Shown here: piece after piece, positions 39,319 through 48,938 of the stretch | Position numbering within the stretch: position 1 is the stretch's first letter | Layout of the letters: the number at the start of each line of letters is the position of its first letter | NCBI GenBank assembly: GCA_051251855.1 | Contig: JBPOGI010000001.1 | Location: forward strand, 1,344,001 to 1,408,000 | Length of the DNA stretch: 64,000 bases | From: Roseibacillus sp. | Lineage (GTDB): Bacteria; Verrucomicrobiota; Verrucomicrobiia; Verrucomicrobiales; Akkermansiaceae | Direction: 5' to 3' | Position numbers and translations under genes: made by a program | The notes under the pieces: model-generated | What the model saw: only the letters and a program-made list of their open reading frames with translations | Told to the model about the DNA's origin: nothing | The model's database searches: none

Positions 39319-40671
39319 TTAGTTGTGAACGTTGGCAGATTCGAGAATACGAGGATCGCGATGCGGATAGAGCGAAACCGAGGTGATATTGCGGAGCAAG
39401 AAGAAGACAAATCCACAGCCGACAATGAAGAAGGCAATTAAGTCGCCAATCCAAGCACCGGGCATCCAGAGCTTAGGGTCGTGAGAAACAACATTTCCAA
39501 CCGAAGGACCGCGCTCAGGAATGATCATGTGGTAGATATCGAGGAAGTGCATGAAGAGAAGGTATCCCGCAATCGCCAACATGAAGTTATTCTTCTTCTT
39601 CAGGTCTGAACGAAGAAGCAACAAGAACGGCGCCCCAAAATGCCCTAAGACGAGAACGTAACTGAGAACATTCCAGTTTTCAGTGTTCCGAAGAATGAAG
39701 TAACGGGTCTCCTCCGTGACATTCGCATACCAGTAAAGAAAGAATTGTGAGAACGAGATATAGGCCCAGAAGATGGTAAAAGCGAAGATGAGCTTACCCA
39801 TTAAATGGTCGTGCTCAGCAGTGACCACCTTCTTCATGAAGCCAGCCTTCCGAAGAAGAATACTGACTATCAAAATGACCGCCATGGAGTTCAAAGCACT
39901 ACCAGCGAAGATGTAAACACCCCACATGGTAGAGAACCAAGTGTAGTCGAGGCCCATCACCCAATCAACACCGATAAAAGTGAGAGTCACTCCAAAGATT
40001 GCGATTCCCCAGGAAGACATCGAGCGAGCCTTAAAAAGGCGGTCAGTTCCTGGCGAAGGACAAGTATCTTGGTCGACTGACAACTTACGGAGCTTCCAAA
40101 TCACGAAGCCGAGACCAAGGAAGAAGATCACGAAGCGAGCGTGCCAGAATTCAAGGCTGAGATACCAAATCTTGGCAATCAACATTCCGTCATGTTTAGC
40201 AGCGCGAGCTTCAAGTCCTGCTGCCGCACTGGTATCTTCAAGACCATAGTCCTTCGCATACTGAATTGCGGTTTTGTGCTCAGTCATCCACTCGAAAAGG
40301 AATGTCTGAACACTTGGGAAAAGAAGAGGAAGGGCGAAGATGAACATGAACGGGAAAACAAAGCCCACGTTCTCAAAAATACGGCGAACTGAAGTCCCCC
40401 ACCCTGAATTCGACACGTTGTGAAGCAGCGTCCAAAAACAACCACCCAAAGCAATCGTGAAAAAGTAGAAAACGGCAAATAACCAAGAGAAGGAATAGTT
40501 ACCTTTCAGTTCGCTAGGTTTCTCTGGATTATGTCCCCAAAGGAAAACTGCGCTGGCAAGCAAGCCGATCAAAGCGACCGCTCCACAAACAAGCATCATT
40601 AGCTGAACCTTGCTCTTCGGCAATTGTTCTCCATTAACCGGAATATCGGCGGATGTTACTCTATGTCCCAT
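39319..40671 (-). CDS. actF: Alternative complex III subunit F
   Basis: DWVMGLDYTWFSTMWG, HLMGKL, SQFFLYWYANVTEET. Confidence 0.9.
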   Translation of the reverse strand: MGHRVTSADIPVNGEQLPKSKVQLMMLVCGAVALIGLLASAVFLWGHNPEKPSELKGNYSFSWLFAVFYFFTIALGGCFWTLLHNVSNSGWGTSVRRIFENVGFVFPFMFIFALPLLFPSVQTFLFEWMTEHKTAIQYAKDYGLEDTSAAAGLEARAAKHDGMLIAKIWYLSLEFWHARFVIFFLGLGFVIWKLRKLSVDQDTCPSPGTDRLFKARSMSSWGIAIFGVTLTFIGVDWVMGLDYTWFSTMWGVYIFAGSALNSMAVILIVSILLRKAGFMKKVVTAEHDHLMGKLIFAFTIFWAYISFSQFFLYWYANVTEETRYFILRNTENWNVLSYVLVLGHFGAPFLLLLRSDLKKKNNFMLAIAGYLLFMHFLDIYHMIIPERGPSVGNVVSHDPKLWMPGAWIGDLIAFFIVGCGFVFFLLRNITSVSLYPHRDPRILESANVHN

Positions 40672-41327
40672 TACTGTCCTTCCCCTTTCTGTCCCAAATC
40701 TTCTGCTGAAACCTCGCGGGCTTCTTGCATCGCACGCACATAAGCGACAATCGCCCAGCGGTCTTCAACTGGAATGTTCATGCCGTAGGCACCCATCATT
40801 CCCTTACCGTGAGTAATCACGTGATAAAGCATCCCATCAGGGTAGCTCTCAGTTTGAAACGTTCCTTCGTGCAAATTACGCACTCCGGTCAAACCCAACT
40901 TTGAAACAGTGCCGCCTCCGTCGCCGGACTCACCGTGACAAATAGCACAGAAGATTCCGTAGCGGTCATGGCCACGAGCAAAAAATGCTTCTGCAGTCTC
41001 TGCCGTGAGCGCTAACTCTTCGGGCATCCCTGTTCCGTAATAACCTTCCGTCAAACCGGTGTAGTAGTAGCCGGTGCGACCTTCGCCGAACTCCACCGAA
41101 AAGACACCGTCATCACCTGAATTAGGAATGGTGCCCACTACTGGGAGGCGTGAGCCTTTGCCATCTTCGAAAAAGTCGTTTGGCTTTTGCCCCTTGACCT
41201 TATCCTGCTCGTCCATATCTGGGAAGAGACGGAAAGGTGGACGCTCGAACTTACTGCCCGGAATCCCGAAGATTCCGACAACCGCCAAAGCGATGAAGGC
41301 GTAGACTATGAAAAAGTATTTGAGCAT
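40671..41327 (-). CDS. actE: Alternative complex III subunit E, monoheme cytochrome c
   Basis: PDMDEQ, CAICH, GKGMM, DRWAIVAYVR. Confidence 0.9.
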   Translation of the reverse strand: MLKYFFIVYAFIALAVVGIFGIPGSKFERPPFRLFPDMDEQDKVKGQKPNDFFEDGKGSRLPVVGTIPNSGDDGVFSVEFGEGRTGYYYTGLTEGYYGTGMPEELALTAETAEAFFARGHDRYGIFCAICHGESGDGGGTVSKLGLTGVRNLHEGTFQTESYPDGMLYHVITHGKGMMGAYGMNIPVEDRWAIVAYVRAMQEAREVSAEDLGQKGEGQ

Positions 41328-41336
41328 GGTTTTGCT

Positions 41337-41891
41337 TTAGTTTTCGTCTTCGACCAGTTCGATGTTAGCTCCGCCGATTTCGTCGAGGAGCGCCTTTGTT
41401 CCCTCCGCAGAGAACTTGGGGTCGCGTGCTTCGATAGAAATAAAGAATCCATCGTCGGTTGCGCGGGCGAACTGCTTACTAGCAAACAAAGGGTGATTAA
41501 GGCGTGGCAACTGCATCAGACCAAGAAGTCCAAACAAAGTAGTGAAACCTGAGAAAAGAACCGTCAGCTCGAACATGATCGGGAAGAAGGCTGGGACGGT
41601 GAAGATGTTTGCGGGTTTTCCCTGAACCACCGTGGGATAAATCTCGACTTGAGTAATATAGGCAAGGGCAAGAGCGGTACAGAAACCAGTCAACCCTCCA
41701 AAAAAGACGAAGTAAGGAAGGATTGAGCGCTTAATCCCCATCGCATCATCGAGACCGTGAATAGGATAAGAAGAGTGGCAATCCCACTTCTCGAAACCCG
41801 CATCGCGAACTTTCTCTGCTGCCTTGTAGAGCTTCGAGGCACTCTCGAATTCTGCCAAGTAACCGTAAACTCGTTTGACCGTGGTGCTCAT
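41337..41891 (-). CDS. actD: Alternative complex III subunit D (DUF3341)
   Basis: YPIHG, PIMFELTVL, DGFFISI. Confidence 0.9.
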   Translation of the reverse strand: MSTTVKRVYGYLAEFESASKLYKAAEKVRDAGFEKWDCHSSYPIHGLDDAMGIKRSILPYFVFFGGLTGFCTALALAYITQVEIYPTVVQGKPANIFTVPAFFPIMFELTVLFSGFTTLFGLLGLMQLPRLNHPLFASKQFARATDDGFFISIEARDPKFSAEGTKALLDEIGGANIELVEDEN

Positions 41892-43381
41892 CAGACTTTT
41901 GCCTCCCCATTTTCAATTTCAAGTTGATAGGCAGGGATAACCTCTGTGCCTTCGTCAACATGCTCTTCGTTATCTTCGAAGTGCGGGTCGCTTTCCAGCT
42001 TGGTCCACTTCACCTCCGCAATGTTAATGCAGGGCAAGAATCGGAGGAAGAGAAGGAAGAGCGTTAGGAACATTCCAATCGTGCCCACGAAGAGCATAAT
42101 GTCGTTTCCGCTTGGGTAGAAATACTTCCAGTCGCCAGGCAACCACATGCGGGAAAGAGTCGTGACAATAATCACAAAGCGTTCGAACCACATGCCGATG
42201 TTCACACACATACAAACTGCCATCACAACCCAGAGATTCTCGCGGCATTTTTTCCACCAGAAAATCTGAGGAGAAATTACGTTACAAGCCATCATGGTGA
42301 AGTAGGCCCAGTTGTAGGGACCAGCGATACGGAACTTGAAGGCTTCCATCTCATATTTAGCCGCTCCGTAGAACGCCATGAAGAGCTCCATAAGATAGGC
42401 GTATCCAACAATGGAACCGGTCAGGAGGATGATTTTCGCCATGTTATCGACGTGCTTCATCGTGATGAGGTCACTGAGGCCGTAGATGAAGCGAGCAGGA
42501 ATCATGATGGTCAATACCATCGCAAATCCGCCGAAAATCGCACCAGCGACAAAGTAAGGTGGGAAAATGGTGGTGTGCCATCCGGGAACGACAGAGGTCG
42601 CGAAGTCAAACGATACCACGGAGTGAACCGAGAGAACGAGTGGTGTCGAAAGAGCAGCCAAAAGCAAGTAGGCCATCTCATAGTGAGACCAGTGACGGTT
42701 CGAACCACGCCAGCCCAAACTGAAGACTCCGTAAAGAAGCTTACGAATCTTTCCAGTCGCTCGATCACGAATAGTCGCAAGGTCAGGAACCATTCCGAGA
42801 TACCAGAAGATAAGAGAAATGGTAAAGTAAGTCGAAACCGCGAAAACGTCCCAAAGAAGCGGAGACTTGAAGTTCTGCCAAATCGCGTTCGGGTTTGGAA
42901 TAGGAGCTAAATACCAAGCCATCCAAACACGACCAACGTGGAAGGCTGGGAAAATACCTGCGCACATCACCGCAAAAATGGTCATCGCCTCAGCGGCTCG
43001 GTTAATCGAGGTCCGCCAGTTCTGACGAGTCAGGAAGAGAATGGCCGAAATCAGCGTTCCTGCGTGACCAATACCAATCCAGAAAACGAAGTTTACAATC
43101 GGCCAACCCCACATCGCACGGTTGGAGTTTCCCCAAACGCCTACTCCAGTAGAAACAAGCTGGAACAAGCCCCCTCCCACTCCGATGGCTGCGATAAGAG
43201 CACAAGGAATGAAGAGCATCCACCAAAGCATAGGCTGGGGATTTTCGACCACTCCACAGATCCGCTCCGTGATCCAATTGTAGGACCGCTTGTTGAGAAT
43301 CAACTTCTCACGTTCAAGAACGGGCAACTTGGGCCCTTCTCTCTTCGCTGAAGTCTCGTTACTGACTGTTGCTTCCGCCAT
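41891..43381 (-). CDS. actC: Alternative complex III subunit C (NrfD family)
   Basis: [41 protein letters not shown]. Confidence 0.95.
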   Translation of the reverse strand: MAEATVSNETSAKREGPKLPVLEREKLILNKRSYNWITERICGVVENPQPMLWWMLFIPCALIAAIGVGGGLFQLVSTGVGVWGNSNRAMWGWPIVNFVFWIGIGHAGTLISAILFLTRQNWRTSINRAAEAMTIFAVMCAGIFPAFHVGRVWMAWYLAPIPNPNAIWQNFKSPLLWDVFAVSTYFTISLIFWYLGMVPDLATIRDRATGKIRKLLYGVFSLGWRGSNRHWSHYEMAYLLLAALSTPLVLSVHSVVSFDFATSVVPGWHTTIFPPYFVAGAIFGGFAMVLTIMIPARFIYGLSDLITMKHVDNMAKIILLTGSIVGYAYLMELFMAFYGAAKYEMEAFKFRIAGPYNWAYFTMMACNVISPQIFWWKKCRENLWVVMAVCMCVNIGMWFERFVIIVTTLSRMWLPGDWKYFYPSGNDIMLFVGTIGMFLTLFLLFLRFLPCINIAEVKWTKLESDPHFEDNEEHVDEGTEVIPAYQLEIENGEAKV

Positions 43382-43387
43382 GCCCTA

Positions 43388-46300
43388 TTAGTGAATGTTG
43401 ATGGTCGCTTGTCCCACGCTCTTCGCGTCGGGCATTGCTGTGTTAGGATTTTTCACCCGCGCCAGGTAACTGGTCCGTGGCAAGGTGCCGATATAGTTCA
43501 AAAGGTCGTAGTTGCGCTGCGAGTTCTTAGCGCGCACCATGGCAGACTTGTCGCCGTCAAGCTTGTTACCGAAAGTAATGGCTCCTGCTGGACAAGCGTC
43601 CTGACAGGCCACCTTCGCAGAATCAACCTTGATGCGAAGGTCTTCGTTAGAAATCTCAACGCTAGTAGAAGCGACTCCAAGAGACTTCTTCCGAGTAATT
43701 TGTTTCTGCTTAATTTTAGCATTCTCAAGACGCTGCACGCAATAGGTGCACTTCTCCATCACCCCGCGCATGCGCACAGAAACGTTCGGGTTACGTTGAA
43801 GAGAGCGAGAATCACCCACCTGCTTCTCGCCCCAAGGACCCTTGTAGAGATTCTTCTCAACAAGAGGATTGCGCTTGTTGTAGTCGAAGAAGTTGAAGCG
43901 ACGTGCCTTATAAGGACAGTTATTCGCGCAGTAGCGGGTTCCGATACAGCGGTTGTAGGCCATCGCGTTGAGACCTTCCTCGGTGTGAACCGTTGCGTTG
44001 ACGGGGCAAACTACCTCACAAGGAGCAAGCTCACACTGCTGGCAAGCAACAGGCTGAGGAATCATCTCTGGATTATCCTCATCTCCATCAGGAGTCGCAG
44101 CATAGTAGCGGTCCATCCGAATCCAGTGCATTTCGCGACCTTTCGCGACTTGCTCTTTACCAACGACAGGAATCGTATTCTCAGACTGACAAGCGACCAA
44201 ACAAGCGTTGCAACCCATGCAAGTATTGAGGTCAATCGCCATCGCCCACTGGTGAATTTCATCCGAAATCAGTGGCTTACCCTCAGTATCGTTGGGCTTG
44301 TAGATGGAGTGATTCTTCGGCATGTGCGAATCCATGCCTTGCTTCGCGACCTTCTTGAGTTGGGTCTTGAAGTCCTTGGTGCCGTGACCTTTTGTCTCGA
44401 CATCAGCGGTAGAAATTTCACGAGCGAGCGCGCGACCATACATCGCGTGGTGCTCTTGGGTAAGCGCTACCGGATAGCGACCTGAATTCTTAGCAACCTT
44501 GGCACCGGTAGCGGCCCAAAGAGCGTCGAAGTTGCGGAGAGGATAAACGTTGAAGCCAGCATTGAGCCCCACATCACCAACCGTTGGCTGAGCAGAATTA
44601 AACTGAATGGCTCCACTACGGTCTTCATCGTCTGTTGCCTGCCCATAACCCACTGGAAGAACGATGGTGTTTTCAGCGAGACCAAAAGAAACAAGGACAG
44701 GCAGCTTAACTGATTTGCCACCGAGCGTGACATCGATCATGTAAGCACGAGCCTTTTCCCCTTCTCCAATCTCAGGACGGGGAGAGTTCTTAACGTCGAC
44801 CCCTGCCACATTGTTAATGGGCTCGAGCTCAACCAACTCCTTAGAAATTCCCAAAGCATCGGCTGTTTTGGGAGAAATGTAAGCGACGTTGTCCCAAGTG
44901 AGCTTGGAAATCGGGTCGGGAGCCTCTTGCAACCATGAGTTATCGATGTAGCGACCGTCCCAAACGGAAGCATCAGCTGCGAAAATCACATCCAAGGCAT
45001 CTTTGGTCGGAGCAGCTGCCTCGAGAGCTTTGCCAGGGTTAGCATTTACGTTAGGAGCCTTAGCTTCGGGATAAGTAGCATCAACGAAACCTTCTTGAAG
45101 AGCCTTTGCCCAAGAAGAAGCGTCTTTGCCAACAGCGGCATCAAAGGTCTTGCGAACTTCATCGTAGCCCGCAGAAGGAGTCGTTTCGTCACCCAGCTTC
45201 AGCTCGCCTCCATTAAGAAGTGCGCTCAACAATTCTAGCTCGCCCACTCCGTCATAGAGAGGAAGAATCAGAGGTTGAATCAGAGCATGGGTTCCTTTTG
45301 CCGTTTTGGCATCCGACCAGCTTTCCAAGTAGTGAGCGGCAGGAACGTGCCAAGTGGTAGCGTAAGAAGTTGCATCGGTGCGAAGACCCAAATGAATGGA
45401 AGTCTTCACCTTGCCGAGCAACTCCTTGAAATTAACATCCGCAGGAGAATCGTAAACAGGGTTACTAGGGGTGAGGAGAATGAGAGTCTCCAGCGCGCCT
45501 CCCTCAAGGTCCTTCACCAACTGAGTGAATCCAGCAAAGTTCTTCGTTCCGGTTTGAACGAGAGTGGCAGGCTTTCCTTTTCCAACGTTACCAAGAGCAA
45601 CGTTGATAGCGGCAACCACCTCATGGAGTTCTTTGGACTGACGGCTACCCGCAAGAACCACAGACTTGCCCTTGTTAGACTGTAAGTCCTTCGCACACTC
45701 AGCGACCCACTTGGCATCGGACTCTGAAAGAGAAACATCTCCTTGAACCTTCGCTCCAACAGCCTTGCCAACTGCAGTTGCGATCTTAATAAACTGACTT
45801 GGAGCGATGCGAAGACGATGATCAGCTACCCCACCAGTGAGAGAGTAGGCTGCCTCTACCTGGTAGAGACGGTTCATCTCCTCCGCCTTCATCTCGTGGG
45901 CGTAAAGCTTGTCCTTATCGTGCGCACCACCTTGACGGCGGTCGAAGAACGGCTTCACAGGACCAACTTGGTCAAGTGAGGTGAAATCGCAGTCGAAAGA
46001 AAGAATGCGGTCCGCTTTTTCGAAATCAACCACCATGCGAACTCCAGCGCCAAGAACCTCTTCAGAAGCGTGACTCTCTAGAGCCTCGTAACGGTAGGCC
46101 TTGGCCGCGGGAAACTTCTTTTTAATTTCGCCCCAAACACGATTGCGGGTCGGGCTGTCATCTTCTCCAAAAACAAAGCCTACTTTACCAGGATTCGCAG
46201 AGAGCTCCTTGAGCGCAGCATCCAATTCGGCACGAGTAGACTTTTTACCGTCCTTGAGGACATCCTTGGAACGGAAGGGATCGTAAAGATTGAGAATGGA

Positions 46301-46738
46301 AGCCTGAGTGAAAGCATCAGTTCCGCTTGCGTCTGCAAAAGCGTTGTTAGGCTCCAACTTGGTGGGGCGACCCTCGAAAGTGGTCACCACCAAAGGAACC
46401 GCTCCTCCTGGACGAGGCATGGTGGTCGCGTAATAGAGAGCCTTTCCGGGAATCACCCACTCAGGAGCCTGGGTATAAGGAACAATGTAAGTCTCTGGGC
46501 GACGACAAGACGCCAAACCAAAACCGGCAAGTGCTGAGGAAGCACCCATCAATTTGACGAAACTACGACGGGAAAGCTCGCGCTCTTCTTCGGTCAACTC
46601 GCCGCTTTTCTCGGGAAATTCGCGATGCAGCCAATCCTGAAACAGAGGATTACCTTCCAACTCGGCGGGACTGCGCCAAACCTGAGTCTCCAGCTCGTCA
46701 GCGGGCACTTCAGGATGATTCCAAACTCGTTTACTCAT
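43388..46738 (-). CDS. actB: Alternative complex III subunit B
   Basis: Tat motif SRRSFVK, molybdopterin-oxidoreductase-like body, Fe-S motifs CMGCNACLVAC and CIGTRYCANNC. Confidence 0.95.
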   Translation of the reverse strand: MSKRVWNHPEVPADELETQVWRSPAELEGNPLFQDWLHREFPEKSGELTEEERELSRRSFVKLMGASSALAGFGLASCRRPETYIVPYTQAPEWVIPGKALYYATTMPRPGGAVPLVVTTFEGRPTKLEPNNAFADASGTDAFTQASILNLYDPFRSKDVLKDGKKSTRAELDAALKELSANPGKVGFVFGEDDSPTRNRVWGEIKKKFPAAKAYRYEALESHASEEVLGAGVRMVVDFEKADRILSFDCDFTSLDQVGPVKPFFDRRQGGAHDKDKLYAHEMKAEEMNRLYQVEAAYSLTGGVADHRLRIAPSQFIKIATAVGKAVGAKVQGDVSLSESDAKWVAECAKDLQSNKGKSVVLAGSRQSKELHEVVAAINVALGNVGKGKPATLVQTGTKNFAGFTQLVKDLEGGALETLILLTPSNPVYDSPADVNFKELLGKVKTSIHLGLRTDATSYATTWHVPAAHYLESWSDAKTAKGTHALIQPLILPLYDGVGELELLSALLNGGELKLGDETTPSAGYDEVRKTFDAAVGKDASSWAKALQEGFVDATYPEAKAPNVNANPGKALEAAAPTKDALDVIFAADASVWDGRYIDNSWLQEAPDPISKLTWDNVAYISPKTADALGISKELVELEPINNVAGVDVKNSPRPEIGEGEKARAYMIDVTLGGKSVKLPVLVSFGLAENTIVLPVGYGQATDDEDRSGAIQFNSAQPTVGDVGLNAGFNVYPLRNFDALWAATGAKVAKNSGRYPVALTQEHHAMYGRALAREISTADVETKGHGTKDFKTQLKKVAKQGMDSHMPKNHSIYKPNDTEGKPLISDEIHQWAMAIDLNTCMGCNACLVACQSENTIPVVGKEQVAKGREMHWIRMDRYYAATPDGDEDNPEMIPQPVACQQCELAPCEVVCPVNATVHTEEGLNAMAYNRCIGTRYCANNCPYKARRFNFFDYNKRNPLVEKNLYKGPWGEKQVGDSRSLQRNPNVSVRMRGVMEKCTYCVQRLENAKIKQKQITRKKSLGVASTSVEISNEDLRIKVDSAKVACQDACPAGAITFGNKLDGDKSAMVRAKNSQRNYDLLNYIGTLPRTSYLARVKNPNTAMPDAKSVGQATINIH

Positions 46739-46757
46739 CTTGGGCGTAAAATTCTAA

Positions 46758-47486
46758 TTAGCGGTGACAGGTAGCGCAGCTCTCTTTGGGCTTCACATTC
46801 CAGTGTGCCTTCAGGTAATTCCCGAAATCGGTCTGGGACTCAATGGCGTTGCCTTTCGCATCCTTGATGGGATTGGCCTTCAAATACTTCTCAACGTCGT
46901 AATCGAGGTTAGTCACCTCTTCAATAGGACGAAGATGCTCCTCGGGGGCTCGGTGACAATCAAGACACCATCCCATTGAAAGAGACTCTTCATGATGAAC
47001 AATCTTCATCTTATCAACGTCACCGTGACAACTCTGACAAGAGACCCCGCGGTTTACGTGTGCAGAGTGGTTAAAGTAGACATAATCGGGCGCCTTGTGA
47101 ACACGCACCCACTCAAGAGGAACCGGCGTCACTTCAGCACCGCTTTTTTGGTCAATGCCCATTGCAGCGTAGAGAGGAGAAAGCTTTGGACTATCCGACT
47201 TTACCTTGTTGGGTCCGTGGCAATTCCAACAGACATTCGCCGATGGCACATTCGCGTGGGAACCATGCTCTACAAAACTGTGACAGTAACGACAATCCAT
47301 CCCCAACTGGTTCACGTGAATCTCGTGACTGTAAGGGATTGGTTGGGTGGGTTGGTATCCGACCCGTAGTGAGCTTGGGTTAATGTAGACCGCAAACACA
47401 AACGTCACTCCGAACGCAAGAGCCCCGAGGCAAATTGCGAGTTTGAGTGGTGTAAAATTGGACCAACGAGGAAAGAAATTCGCCAT
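46758..47486 (-). CDS. actA: Alternative complex III subunit A, pentaheme cytochrome c
   Basis: Five CxxCH: CRYCH, CWNCH, CQSCH, CLDCH, CATCH. Confidence 0.95.
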   Translation of the reverse strand: MANFFPRWSNFTPLKLAICLGALAFGVTFVFAVYINPSSLRVGYQPTQPIPYSHEIHVNQLGMDCRYCHSFVEHGSHANVPSANVCWNCHGPNKVKSDSPKLSPLYAAMGIDQKSGAEVTPVPLEWVRVHKAPDYVYFNHSAHVNRGVSCQSCHGDVDKMKIVHHEESLSMGWCLDCHRAPEEHLRPIEEVTNLDYDVEKYLKANPIKDAKGNAIESQTDFGNYLKAHWNVKPKESCATCHR

Positions 47487-47507
47487 GGACGGACTGAGGT
47501 TACGAGC

Positions 47508-47550
47508 TTGTGAAATTTTTCACAAGCTCAGTTTGTGAAATTTTTCACAA
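47508..47550. promoter_or_regulatory. Two identical palindromic operators (Rex-type; also fits CRP family)
   Basis: TTGTGAAATTTTTCACAA at 47508-47525 and 47533-47550, just upstream of actA. Confidence 0.8.
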
Positions 47551-47800
47551 AGTTTGTGACAGCCCGAAAGAGTGTCCTCGTTCGTGCTGCGCGGACGGTG
47601 TAAGACCCAATCGAACCTTCACGCAACTGCTTTCTGCAAAAAAGTCTGACTGTGAGATCGAGTCTCAATAACAAGTGGATTTGGGAGTAATTTTAGTCCC
47701 GAATCAGAGTCCACTCTTCGAGCCCTTTCAAGGAACCTCTATTAGTCTGCCTTCTTCATAAGGATCGATGTCAGCGAAAGAACAACACCTGCGGCAGGTC

Positions 47801-48847
47801 CTATCTTCCCCGACGCCCTCGCCCTGGTTTCTCGTCGATGACCCCGTCTCCATCCCGATCCTCGCCGTAAGGAATCTCATTCTTAAAGTGGACCCCCTTG
47901 CGGCGCCCTTCCTGAACATGCTCGCGATAGACCTTGCGCTGCTCAGCCTTTGCAAAGACTGCGTTCGCCTTTTCCAGAGCCTTCTTTAATTCTCCACTCG
48001 TCGCTGAGAGAGAGAATTCACCCAAAACCTTTCCTTCTTGGCCAAAAGCATCTGCCTGAATCACAAAATACCCTGCCTGAGACTTCTCCCCTGCCACCAA
48101 TTCAGCCCAATCAGCATCCGAACTCTTTTCCGCAAAATCATGATGAAAACGCCCCACAACCTCGGAATCATTAAGAACCGCCTGCAACACCTTGGTTACT
48201 CGCCTACGCTCCTCTTTGCTTGATACAGTCAAGAGCAAGAGCCGTTGGTCTCCCGAAGCCACATTGAGCGCCTGCCGTGAGGTATGAAAGTCCTGAACGA
48301 CGGCTTCACTGGCAGCTCCCTTAGCTCGGTAGTCTCCCGCTATTTTCTTCAAAACCGTGATGAGAGCCTCAGGATCATCGGCAGCCCCTCCTCGACGTCC
48401 TAACAACGAACTCGGGCCACGGCCACTTTTCGAGAGTCGCGTTTCACCATCAGGAGCAAGAATACAAAAAGCGGTATTCGCAAAGGCTCCTCTCAAGAAA
48501 GTGCGAACCATCTCTTGATGCTTCTCGGACTCATAAGATTCCAAGCGAACACACACGAAGTCGCGACTGGAGGCGATAAAGTCATCTTGCGAGAACAAAC
48601 TGTTCTGCGTAGCGGTATAGCCCGGTCAGAAAACCCCAGGGATGCCATTACAAGTTGCCGCTGCAGCCATAAAAAATATCGGCCGCTGGGAACGCTTGGC
48701 CTCAGCCAAAGCCGAATCCCAAGTAGTATACCAAGCCACCCCTGGTGCGCCTACAGCCTGAGGCGAGGCCGTCAGGTCCTCTGGACGCGGGCCTTGCGAG
48801 AAAACAAGTGCACTACTACTGAATAGAAGGAAAAATATTCTTTTCAT
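47801..48847 (-). CDS. Exported thioredoxin-like protein with in-frame UGA (candidate selenoprotein, 348 aa)
   Basis: Track ORFs 48626..48928 and 47801..48598 share a frame and are separated only by TGA 48626-48628: CNGIPGVF*PGYTATQNSLFSQDDF. Confidence 0.7.
48589..48608 (-). promoter_or_regulatory. Candidate SECIS hairpin
   Basis: GC-AGAACA-GUU-UGUUCU-C-GC; G-initiated loop 26 nt after the UGA. Confidence 0.5.
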
Positions 48848-48938
48848 CACTCCTACTAACCCCGCCTTTCCAAGAGAGTCGCGCTGATTCTTGTTAAGAA
48901 TCGGACATACACTCCTCACTCTCGCCACCCCTCAGCTT

